A stretch of DNA of 64,000 nucleotides, taken from contig VMGX01000002.1 in assembly GCA_007376805.1 (NCBI GenBank), positions 47,116 through 111,115 on the forward strand, read 5' to 3'. The stretch is from Parcubacteria group bacterium Athens0714_16 (GTDB lineage: Bacteria; Patescibacteriota; Minisyncoccia; Phycocordibacterales; 21-14-all-36-13). The notes beneath the pieces are model-generated. The model saw only the letters and a program-made list of their open reading frames with translations, was not told the origin of the DNA and searched no databases. The first letter of the stretch is position 1. The number at the start of each line of letters is the position of its first letter. Position numbers and translations under genes: made by a program. Positions 16,353 to 25,216 of this stretch are shown piece after piece.

Positions 16353-16408
16353 TGGTAGAACACGTGCTTGCCAAGCACGAGTCGGGAGTTCGATTCTCCC
16401 TACCCGCA
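16338..16408 (+). tRNA. tRNA-Gly (anticodon GCC)
   Basis: Acceptor GCGGGTA/TACCCGC, anticodon loop TTGCCAA, T-loop TTCGATT. 71 nt. Confidence 0.9.
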
Positions 16409-16544
16409 CAAAACAACGAAGTAATTTTGTGCATGGTAGAAAAAGCAAATTTATTTGCTTTTGTGGAGAATCGAAGGATTTTCTATGTTGAGCTCGAGTA
16501 TTACGAGAACGAAACAAGAAAATCACCAAGCTTTATGTAATAAG

Positions 16545-16567
16545 CGATTCTCCCTACCCGCACAAAA
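16545..16567 (+). repeat. direct duplicate of the tRNA-Gly(GCC) 3' end (att-like)
   Basis: The 23-nt CGATTCTCCCTACCCGCACAAAA is identical to 16391-16413. An inverted 11-nt T-arm fragment lies at 16465-16475. Confidence 0.75.
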
Positions 16568-16799
16568 TAGTAATTTCGTGTGTGGAGAAAAATAATTTTT
16601 TGAACACAATAATTTTAAAAATTGTCTATAAGGACATCGAAAAATTATCCCCAACGTCCTTTTTTAAAGGGCTAGAAACTGTGGATAACTATGTGTGTAT
16701 GTGTATAAAAGACAATTTTAAAAAATGTCTTTAAAAATTGATTTTTTATAAAATATGGCTTTGTGTAGGCATATTTTGTTGAAAAAGCACGCATAATTT

Positions 16800-17192
16800 A
16801 TGAATAGGACACACAAGAGATATATTGGTGATATAGGAGAAAATGTTGCCTGTAATTTTTTAAAAAAGAAGGGGTTTTCTGTTGTGGGCAGGAACTATAA
16901 TAAGAAGTGGGGGGAGATAGATATCATTACAAAAAAGAAAAAAGACATTCACTTTGTTGAAGTCAAAACAATTTCGCGGAATTTGAATGTCTCTAATAGG
17001 GGAGACGATGAATATAGAGCAGAGGAAAACGTGCATCCATGGAAATTAAAACGACTCAACCGTGCGATTGAATCATACCTAGAAGAGAATAATATTTCTG
17101 ACGATGTTGAGTGGGCGCTTGATTTGGTTGTGGTTTATTTAGATTTAGAAAACAAAAAAGCGAAAGTGGAGTATTTGGATAACATATTTTGA
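16800..17192 (+). CDS. YraN family (UPF0102) endonuclease-like protein
   Basis: 130 aa. GEIDIITKKKKDIHFVEVKT is typical of YraN. Confidence 0.8.
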   Translation: MNRTHKRYIGDIGENVACNFLKKKGFSVVGRNYNKKWGEIDIITKKKKDIHFVEVKTISRNLNVSNRGDDEYRAEENVHPWKLKRLNRAIESYLEENNISDDVEWALDLVVVYLDLENKKAKVEYLDNIF

Positions 17193-17206
17193 CTTATTTT
17201 TTAATG

Positions 17207-17245
17207 TCGGGGCGCCGAGACTGTTTGCCAAAGCAAACCCCGGGG
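17207..17245 (-). pseudogene. T-arm-less tRNA-Pro remnant
   Basis: TCGGGGCGCCGAGACTG...CCAAAGCA parallels the 3' acceptor and anticodon region of the adjacent tRNA-Pro but lacks the T-arm. Confidence 0.5.
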
Positions 17246-17335
17246 ATTTTATATTTTGTTTCACAAAATAAATAAAATCCCTTCAAATCCCGACGCGAGC
17301 AAATAAATTTGCTCACTGCTTCCTCCAAAAAATTG

Positions 17336-17406
17336 TCGGGGCGCCGGGATTTGAACCCGGACTGTGTGCTCCCAAAGCACATATGCTACCGTTACACTAC
17401 GCCCCG
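17336..17406 (-). tRNA. tRNA-Pro (anticodon UGG)
   Basis: Acceptor CGGGGCG/CGCCCCG, anticodon loop TTTGGGA, T-loop TTCAAAT. 71 nt. Confidence 0.85.
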
Positions 17407-17544
17407 TTTTTCAACTAAAAGATAATAACATAGACACTACATTTTAAAAAGTTTTATTTAGTTTTTAAATTTTTAAGTTCAAAAAAAGAAGCTTTCCCTG
17501 ACAAATTTATTTGTTGCATTATTTGTTGCATTATGCTAAATTGA

Positions 17545-18609
17545 TTGCAACAAATGATTAAATTAACCGATAGACAAAAAAGAATACTTTCCTTTATATC
17601 AAAAGAAATAGAAGTTGGGGTATCTGATATATTAGATTTCTTAAATAAAAATGAAATAAAAATCAGCCGTTTTTCCATCGTGCGTGATTTAAATGTGCTT
17701 ATTCAGAATAGTTTTATAAATAAAGTTGGTGGGGGAAGGTCTATAAAATATAGAGAAGTACAGAACAGTCCCATACACAAATATGTGGATATTGATGAAT
17801 ATTTTGAAATGCCCCAAGACGACAGAAAACTCGCGTCTCGATATTTTGAATTTGAAATTTTTAAAAAATTAGAAAATATTTTTTCTAAAGAAAATTTAAT
17901 AAAAATAGACAATCTAAATAAAAAATTCAGAAAGAATTTTAGGACAATTTCTAAAACAATCAAAAAATTAGAAATGGAGAGATTTACAATAGAACTCTCA
18001 TGGAAATCTTCTCAAATAGAAGGGAACGCTTATAGTTTGCTTGATACGGAAGATTTAATTAAAAATAAAGTTGAAGCGAGTGGTCACAAAAAAGAAGAAG
18101 CAATAATGATACTCAATCATAAACAAGCACTTGATTTTATGAACAAAAATAGTAGCTACTTTAAAATAATCTCAATAAAGAAGCTGGAAGAACTTCACAA
18201 ATTAATAATGAAGGATTTGGATATTAATTATAATCTTAGAAAATCTCCGGTGGGAATAGTTGGGACGAATTACAAACCACTTGATAATGAATATCAAATA
18301 AAAGAAGCAATACAAAAAATGATAGATTTAATTAACGATACGGAACACCCCATCATAAAAGCTTTTTTTGCTTTGTCTTTGATTTCATATATCCAACCAT
18401 TTGAAGACGGGAATAAAAGAACAGCGCGCTTGCTAGCGAATGCGATTCTCCTAACTTACAATTATTGTCCGTTATCATATAGAAGTGTCAAAGAAAGCGA
18501 ATACAAGAAAGCAATTCTTGTGTTTTATGAATCTCACAATCTTGATCCGCTAAAGAGAATGTTTATAGAGCAATTTGAATTTGCAGTAAATAACTATTTC
18601 AAATCTTAA
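17545..18609 (+). CDS. Fic/DOC family protein with N-terminal winged-helix domain
   Basis: Fic motif variant QPFEDGNKRTARLLANAILL, with an upstream HTH-like region. Confidence 0.8.
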   Translation: MQQMIKLTDRQKRILSFISKEIEVGVSDILDFLNKNEIKISRFSIVRDLNVLIQNSFINKVGGGRSIKYREVQNSPIHKYVDIDEYFEMPQDDRKLASRYFEFEIFKKLENIFSKENLIKIDNLNKKFRKNFRTISKTIKKLEMERFTIELSWKSSQIEGNAYSLLDTEDLIKNKVEASGHKKEEAIMILNHKQALDFMNKNSSYFKIISIKKLEELHKLIMKDLDINYNLRKSPVGIVGTNYKPLDNEYQIKEAIQKMIDLINDTEHPIIKAFFALSLISYIQPFEDGNKRTARLLANAILLTYNYCPLSYRSVKESEYKKAILVFYESHNLDPLKRMFIEQFEFAVNNYFKS

Positions 18610-18815
18610 ACACAATCAAAAATTTTTTTACACTAAAATGTCCTATCGGACATTTTAGTGTAAAAATAAAGAGTAGAAAAATTAAAAAACAAAAATAAAA
18701 AATCCCGAAAAGCGAATGCTTTTCGGGATGAACTTTTGACATAACGAGATAATGTCTTTCCCCGTGCTTTTGTTTCAGTTTCAAGATGAGCAATCACCTT
18801 AACCAGAGGCATCGC

Positions 18816-19505
18816 TTACGCTATGCTTTGTTTGGATTTTTCCGTTAGTTGTTGGAATAGTCGTTCCCATGCGGACTTCCACGAATTCAATTTTTCTTTT
18901 GACATACCGTCTTCCAAATGCTCTCGCTCGCAAAATTGATTAATTGCGCACCTCAAATCTTGACGATGTTTGGTATCATAATCATCAGTTTTAGAGTTGA
19001 GGATCTTTTTACAAGATTCTTTTTCAATAAACGGTATGGTTATAAAAAAATTGGAGTCACCATGATTTGAAAACATTAAACATGGAATTCCTTTTGCCAC
19101 CGCCTGAGCCAGTAAATCATAACCGTTCGCTTCTAACACATATCCATAATCTTCTGAGGGGCAGTTACGATAACTATTGATCGTATCTTCTCTTTGAAAA
19201 GGAAGTGATCGGTCGGTAAGTAATGCATCCACTTCATGTATCAGGCTTTCCGCTTCTTTCCTATTTATGGCGAATAAAAAATCAAAACCATCTACCTGAG
19301 AGAAGAAGTCTTTGGCTGCGGCTATGTTTTCTGGGGTATCTTCAACAACCAGAACTTTTTTATTTATTTTTTTTCCTTTTGATTGTGAAGAGGTGCTTTT
19401 TGTTGCCTGTTGTGCGATGTTTAATAAAACACACACAACTGTTGCTACCACAAGAATAGCAACAAATTTGGTTGTAAACATAACTACCAGTGCTAATGTA
19501 AACAT
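18816..19505 (-). CDS. hypothetical membrane-anchored protein with receiver-like segment
   Basis: N-terminal TM helix. KKVLVVEDTPENI...DALLTD loosely resembles a CheY-like receiver. Private TTGACA/TATACT promoter at about 19545-19575 (minus strand). Confidence 0.4.
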   Translation of the reverse strand: MFTLALVVMFTTKFVAILVVATVVCVLLNIAQQATKSTSSQSKGKKINKKVLVVEDTPENIAAAKDFFSQVDGFDFLFAINRKEAESLIHEVDALLTDRSLPFQREDTINSYRNCPSEDYGYVLEANGYDLLAQAVAKGIPCLMFSNHGDSNFFITIPFIEKESCKKILNSKTDDYDTKHRQDLRCAINQFCEREHLEDGMSKEKLNSWKSAWERLFQQLTEKSKQSIA

Positions 19506-19693
19506 TTAGTACTCCTATAAATTTATTTTTAAATTTTAATGTTCTAACTTTCTATATACAGTATAACAAATTGTATATTGTTTGTCAAGTATTAAAATAA
19601 CTGCACGCGTTTTAGATACATTATATGGCTTAAACTAATAATATTTTAAACCCTACTTTCAAGTGAAGACTTTTGTAGTATGATGGAATTACT

Positions 19694-20953
19694 ATGTCAG
19701 ATCTATTTGATGAAAAATTAAACGAGGAATTAAGTAGAAACGCTCCTTTGGCGGATAGAATGAGACCAAAAAATCTTAATGACTTTGTTGGACAAGAACA
19801 TATTGTTGGGCCAACATCACTTTTAAAAAGGGCAATTCAAAATGATGAAATTCCCTCAATAATTTTTTGGGGTCCTCCCGGAAGTGGAAAAACTACACTT
19901 GCAAAAATAATTGCAGAAATGACTAACTCTTATTTTATTGAAATGTCGGCGGTGACTTCTGGTGTCGCAGATTTGCGATTGATAATAAAAGACGCACAAG
20001 AAAAAAGAAAATTTAATAATAAAAAAACAATTCTTTTTGTTGATGAAATTCACAGATGGAATAAGGCACAACAGGATTCACTTTTGCCACATATTGAAAA
20101 GGGAATAGTTACGCTTATTGGAGCGACAACAGAGAATCCATCGTTTGAGGTTATTTCACCACTGCTTTCTCGTTCACGTGTTTATGTTTTGAAACCACTT
20201 TCGCAAGACGATTTGAAAAAAATTATTGATAGGTCTCTTAAAGATAAAGATTTTGGTTTTGGAAATGAAAAAATTGAAATAGAAAAATCTGCAGAAGAAT
20301 TTTTAATTAAATCAGCGAACGGAGATGCGAGAATAATTTTGAACGCACTTGAAGTTGCGATAAAAAATTTTGGTTATAGTGGGAAGAAAAAAAATATTGT
20401 CACTAAAAATTTAATTGAAGACGCGCTTCAGCACAGGGCACTTCAGTATGATAAAAATGGGGAAGAGCACCATAATGTAATTTCTGCATTTATAAAATCA
20501 CTGCGAGGTTCAAATGTTGACGGTGCTCTCTACTGGCTTGCAAGAATGGTTAAGGCAGGGGAGGATCCAAAATTTATTGCAAGGAGAATGGTTGTGCTTG
20601 CGTCCGAAGATATTGGAAATGCGGATACGAATGCGCTTGTGGTTGCGAATGCGGTTTTCGATGCTGTTGAAAGAATTGGTTTGCCGGAGTGTAGAATTAA
20701 TTTAGCGCAAGGGGCTGTCTATTTAGCGAGTGCAAAAAAATCAAATAAATCTTATGATGCACTTTGCAAAGCAGAGGAGGTTGTTGAAGAAACAATGAAC
20801 CTGCCCGTGCCATTACATTTACGAAATGCACAAACCGGTTTGATGAAAGGTTTGGGTTACGGAAAAAATTATAAATATACTCACACAGAAGATGATTCTA
20901 AACAAACTTATCTACCTGAAGAAATAAAAGATAAAAAATTTTATTCTGAATAA
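19694..20953 (+). CDS. rarA: replication-associated recombination protein A (MgsA/RarA AAA+ ATPase)
   Basis: Walker A GPPGSGKTT, Walker B FVDEIHR, C-terminal MgsA-type helical domain (HYNVISAFIKSLRGS, EDIGNAD). Confidence 0.9.
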   Translation: MSDLFDEKLNEELSRNAPLADRMRPKNLNDFVGQEHIVGPTSLLKRAIQNDEIPSIIFWGPPGSGKTTLAKIIAEMTNSYFIEMSAVTSGVADLRLIIKDAQEKRKFNNKKTILFVDEIHRWNKAQQDSLLPHIEKGIVTLIGATTENPSFEVISPLLSRSRVYVLKPLSQDDLKKIIDRSLKDKDFGFGNEKIEIEKSAEEFLIKSANGDARIILNALEVAIKNFGYSGKKKNIVTKNLIEDALQHRALQYDKNGEEHHNVISAFIKSLRGSNVDGALYWLARMVKAGEDPKFIARRMVVLASEDIGNADTNALVVANAVFDAVERIGLPECRINLAQGAVYLASAKKSNKSYDALCKAEEVVEETMNLPVPLHLRNAQTGLMKGLGYGKNYKYTHTEDDSKQTYLPEEIKDKKFYSE

Positions 20954-21081
20954 ATAAAAAATCATTAACTTGGACACTCGGTGTCCAAGTTAAATATTGT
21001 GGACATTTTTCATTTCTCTAGTGCAGTTATAAGTAAGTTTTTTAAATGAAAAAGCTCTGGGAGAGCTTTTTCATCCCTTTT

Positions 21082-22272
21082 TTATTTCTCCAAAGCTGTT
21101 ATCAACAGATTTTTTAATACAGGAGCTTTTATTTCGTCAAACGATTTTGACGTTGCTAATAAATTGAATGATAAAAAATTTTTGATATCCAAACCGATTT
21201 CTTTTTCTAAATTTCTATTTATATGCGCGAGCGTTATTGCCCTTAGGTCCCGTTCCTGTGTTAATTTTGATTCCGTAGTAGTTACGATGAGTCCTATCAA
21301 TTTGTTTTGGTTATTCACCACCGCTCCACCAGAAGAACCTTTTTGTGCAAGCACGGAACCACCGAGAGAAATTAAATCAAGTGTTTTTTCTGAAAATGTA
21401 TAAAGTTTTTTTATTTGTTCTATTGTTGTTGCGATATTCAAATCTTTTTGTATAGTTATTCCACCTAAAAATCCGGCGGGATATCCTGCAAGTAAAACAT
21501 TTTCTCCAACTCCAACGGTGTTTTCTTCCGTGTCATAATCAACCCACGGAAACTCGTTAGGAAGTTTGTTTTCATTGTTTGTGGTTTCTGTAATCAAAAG
21601 GAACGCATAATCGCTTTCGCCATTTTCTGAATAATCTTTTTGTGTAATGTTTTGATAATTTTTTGTTATCCATTCTCCAGAAATATATAACGGCTCTGCT
21701 TTGTAAATTGATTGAGATGGACTGCCCATGCGAATTGAACACGTGACGAAGTCTTTTTTAATATAATCTCTCAAAAGAAAATATTGTGCTATGTGCGCAT
21801 TGGTTAAAATTACACCCTCTTTATTAATTATTATTCCACTTCCAGATATTGGGTTAAAAGATCCAGAACTTTCTGTTGTGCATAAAATATTTACGATTGC
21901 TCCACGTGTGGATTTATTTATTATGTCAAAGGAAACAGTTTCTTTGGTGGTGGGTTGTTGGTTGATTGGGGGAGTTATTTTTTCTGTCTGCTCTGTGGGT
22001 GTAGACACGGCGGGTAGGTCTGTAGGTGTCGGTGCGGTGGTTGATTCTTGTGTTGGCGTTTCTTTTATTATTTTTGGTTCGCTTGGTTTTAAATCCGTGA
22101 TTTTATTGATGGGAGTATTTTCCTGCGATTTCGCGATTTTTTTAAATGGTGTGTTTTCGTTCGGGTATGTTTGTGTTTCATTTTTTACGTCAGAAATAAT
22201 AATCATAAAAAGAAATATGATTAATAGTAGTGCGTAAATTTTGATAACATTTTCTATCTTTTCTTTGTTCAT
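21082..22272 (-). CDS. membrane-anchored trypsin-like (S1C) serine protease
   Basis: N-terminal TM, Pro/Thr-rich linker, TNAHI (His) and GSSGGAVV (Ser) catalytic motifs. No PDZ domain seen. Confidence 0.75.
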   Translation of the reverse strand: MNKEKIENVIKIYALLLIIFLFMIIISDVKNETQTYPNENTPFKKIAKSQENTPINKITDLKPSEPKIIKETPTQESTTAPTPTDLPAVSTPTEQTEKITPPINQQPTTKETVSFDIINKSTRGAIVNILCTTESSGSFNPISGSGIIINKEGVILTNAHIAQYFLLRDYIKKDFVTCSIRMGSPSQSIYKAEPLYISGEWITKNYQNITQKDYSENGESDYAFLLITETTNNENKLPNEFPWVDYDTEENTVGVGENVLLAGYPAGFLGGITIQKDLNIATTIEQIKKLYTFSEKTLDLISLGGSVLAQKGSSGGAVVNNQNKLIGLIVTTTESKLTQERDLRAITLAHINRNLEKEIGLDIKNFLSFNLLATSKSFDEIKAPVLKNLLITALEK

Positions 22273-22449
22273 ATTTTTATTATATCAAAATTTGTCCAAT
22301 TAATATTTACAAAGTATAAAAATATTGGAGCTTGACAAAAATATCTGTTTGTGATAATATATATGTCAAAAGTTATATTTTAATATAACAAGAAATTCAT
22401 TATAAGCGCGATCTAAAAAAGATCATTTTTATTTATCAAAATAAAAAAT

Positions 22450-22602
22450 ATGAAGAAAAAATTAAATAACGAAGAAGGTGTTCCGTTGGAGGAAAATTCA
22501 GAAGAAACGATTCTTGATCCAGACGCAGAAATAGAAGAAGATGTGGAAGAAATTTCTGACGAGGACGAAGATGATGGTGATAGCATGGATTCAGATTTTT
22601 AA
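22450..22602 (+). CDS. 50-aa highly acidic peptide
   Basis: ATG ORF MKKKLNNEEGVPLEENSEE...DEDDGDSMDSDF. Upstream CTTGACA...TGATAATAT promoter. Downstream hairpin CTCCCACAA-TTT-GTGGGAG plus T-run. Confidence 0.4.
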   Translation: MKKKLNNEEGVPLEENSEETILDPDAEIEEDVEEISDEDEDDGDSMDSDF

Positions 22603-22858
22603 TAGATTATAAAAAATAAAACTCCCACAATTTGTGGGAGTTTTATTTTGTGGGAATATTGTTTAAATTATCGAATCAAACTTTTTTGAAAGAATGAGTT
22701 GTGTTGAGTCGTGTTGATTTTATTTTTTTGCTTTGTTAAAATTTATTAGACCCACGAATACAGTTGCTGGGCTGGTATACTGGTGGAAAAAAATTTGTTG
22801 TGGGCGTGAACGGGTTGATGTCGGTGTTTTTGGGGGGACGTGAAAGTGTGTGTAAAAA

Positions 22859-23545
22859 ATGAAAAATTTAAGTGTAAAAAATCATGCAATAAAATTAAGA
22901 AAAAAAGGATTTTCTTACAGTTTTATAATTAACGAAACCGATGTATCTAAAAGCACATTAAGCTGTTGGTTATCTAAAATTCCATTCAAACCAAACAAAG
23001 AAACAGTAGAAAGAATTGGTAGAGGAAAATTAAAAACAGCAATGATAAAAACATCTCAAAAAATGCAGATGATTGAAAAAACAAAGAAAATTGCAAAAGA
23101 AGATATCACAAATATAAGCGAAAGAGATTTGTTTATGCTGGGTTTAGGATTATATATAGGGGAAGGTTCAAAAAGTGCAAATATTGTTAGGGTTATTAAT
23201 TCAGATCCTGATATAATAAAACTTGCGATAAAATGGTTTGAAAAAACTTGTGGGATAGACAAAAATAATTTTTCCATTACTATACATTTGTACCCAGATA
23301 ACGATATTGAAAAATGTCTAAATTATTGGTCTGGGGTCACGGGGATTAGGAGAAGTAACTTTAACAAAACATACATAGACACAAGGAAAGATAAGAAAGT
23401 ATTCAAGAAGGGTAAATTACCACACGGTACGGCACATCTTACGGTTATAAGTAATGGTAAAAAAGAGCTCGGTGTTTTTTTGTTTAGAAAGATAAACGCA
23501 TGGACGAATGAGGCCTTTAAAAAAATAAATAATAAGCGGGATTAG
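22859..23545 (+). CDS. HTH + LAGLIDADG-like homing-endonuclease-like protein (paralog)
   Basis: 228 aa. HTH-like NETDVSKSTLSCW. LAGLIDADG-like LFMLGLGLYIGEGSK. The stop codon TAG is within tRNA-Gly(UCC). Confidence 0.55.
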   Translation: MKNLSVKNHAIKLRKKGFSYSFIINETDVSKSTLSCWLSKIPFKPNKETVERIGRGKLKTAMIKTSQKMQMIEKTKKIAKEDITNISERDLFMLGLGLYIGEGSKSANIVRVINSDPDIIKLAIKWFEKTCGIDKNNFSITIHLYPDNDIEKCLNYWSGVTGIRRSNFNKTYIDTRKDKKVFKKGKLPHGTAHLTVISNGKKELGVFLFRKINAWTNEAFKKINNKRD

Positions 23546-23606
23546 TTTAGTGGTAAAACGTCTGCCTTCCAAGTAGAGGTCACCGGTTCGATTCCGGTAT
23601 CCCGCA
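23536..23606 (+). tRNA. tRNA-Gly (anticodon UCC)
   Basis: Acceptor GCGGGAT/ATCCCGC, anticodon loop CTTCCAA, T-loop TTCGATT. 71 nt. Confidence 0.9.
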
Positions 23607-23793
23607 CAAATTTTACTCACAATAAAAGAACTGCCACAGCAATTCTTTTATTGTGATTGTAAAACTTAGTGTCCAGCTCAAAATTTTTTTTGTTATTTTT
23701 GTCTGGAGTTTATTCATACTTTATTTATTATTCTTTGGTTAATTTAAATATCAACAAATTTGGGGCTGTGGCACCAAGAGTAAACTTTTCTAT

Positions 23794-23816
23794 AAAAAAA
23801 GCCGCACTTGTGCGGC
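23794..23816 (-). terminator. rho-independent terminator of the 67-aa ORF
   Basis: GCCGCAC-TTG-TGCGGC hairpin, with a U-run on the minus strand. Confidence 0.65.
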
Positions 23817-23824
23817 TGTAGAAA

Positions 23825-24028
23825 TTAATCATACCGAGAAATGGGAAACCCAGAACCGTTGAACATTAAATCAAACCAGACCATTTTTATAATATCTTTT
23901 GTTTGATTTTCTTTTGATTCGGATTCATTTTTTTTAGAATCTTTTAGCGGTGGCCCGCACGGGTCTTTTATCTCTTTTCCGGGAAAAATATCAACGATTT
24001 TTTTGTTTTCTATTTTTGTTAAAGACAT
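23825..24028 (-). CDS. hypothetical protein
   Basis: 67-aa ORF with AAGGAAAGG upstream and its own terminator. Confidence 0.45.
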   Translation of the reverse strand: MSLTKIENKKIVDIFPGKEIKDPCGPPLKDSKKNESESKENQTKDIIKMVWFDLMFNGSGFPISRYD

Positions 24029-24314
24029 ATAATACCTTTCCTTTTGTTTATGGAACTTGATTTATGGAGAGTATATAACAAGAAAGCAAAAAAGCAAGAA
24101 AGCAACAAAACAATAAAATAACAAAACAAGAAATCAAAAAAACAACAAAGCAATAAAATCTCTCGACAAAGCTTGGGGCAAGTAAGAAAGAAGTTTACCC
24201 GTAACCAAATCGAAGGCTTGTGGTACTAGGGCAAAGAAACAAAAAAGTTTTTTATAAAAACAAAACGACCGAGCTTATTTAAATAAGCTCGGTCGTTTTT
24301 GAGTTTGACATTTA

Positions 24315-24587
24315 TTACTTAACAGCGTCTTTCAAAGCCTTAGCAGCTCTGAATTTTGGAACTTTCATTGCGGCAACTTGTATAGATTCTCCTGTTCTAG
24401 GATTTCTTGCTGTTCTAGCAGCTCTTGCTTTAACAGAAAAGATTCCAAGACCAGCTATAGAAACTTCACCACCTTTCTTAAGTGTATCTACAATACTATC
24501 AAGGATTGTATCAACAACTTTTTCTGATTGAACCTTTGTTCCTCCTAAAATTTCGTGTACTTTGTCGACAATAGCTTGTTTGTTCAT
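24315..24587 (-). CDS. hup: HU family DNA-binding protein
   Basis: 90 aa. GFGIF-like GLGIFSVKARAARTARNPRTGE arm motif. TTGCAC/TATAAT promoter on the minus strand at about 24689-24717. Confidence 0.95.
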   Translation of the reverse strand: MNKQAIVDKVHEILGGTKVQSEKVVDTILDSIVDTLKKGGEVSIAGLGIFSVKARAARTARNPRTGESIQVAAMKVPKFRAAKALKDAVK

Positions 24588-25216
24588 ATTCGTAAAAAAT
24601 TATTCTTAAAAATTATGTAACTATGTGTTCGACCTTATTTTGACCCCTGACGATATTTCGCCCATGGAGTCCTTTTGAATTACCAGCATATTATATAGTT
24701 AAGCCATATTTTGTGCAACATAAAGACAAAAAAGCAAAAAAACAAAGAAACAAAAAAATAAAATACAATAAAACAAAATACACAGAGAGCATACACAAAA
24801 TTATTTTGAAAAACAAAAACATGGCTTTAAATAAGGATATTTTTATGAAGTCACAAAAAACATAGAAAACAGGCGGGGGCGTAGATAATTGAACAACATA
24901 ATTTAAATTAGACAAATTCTATAAATTGTTATACTATTAATACATTAAAGGATTAAGCGAGATTTCACTTTTTAGTTTTTTGTTCCGATGTTCTGAATTT
25001 CTAAAATCAAGAATGAATTGAATTGAAAAAATCTATAAATTTAAAACAAGCAACAAAAATTTCTCAAAAATAAAAATTATGTTTCTGTCTTTCGAAGAAA
25101 AAATAAACAGATATTTCCAATTTTTAAAACTCTTTCGAGAGCTTTAAATTTGTAATTAATTTTTTTGAAACTTTTTGTCTAATTGTAAAATCTAAAAATT
25201 GAAGTCATAAAAAATT

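Noticed and set aside
16326-16540. ORFs 16326-16529 (-) and 16352-16540 (+)
   Set aside because: They overlap tRNA-Gly(GCC) and its duplicated 3' end and have no coding signal.
17194-17382. 62-aa minus-strand ORF
   Set aside because: It overlaps tRNA-Pro and its remnant, so it is a translation artefact.
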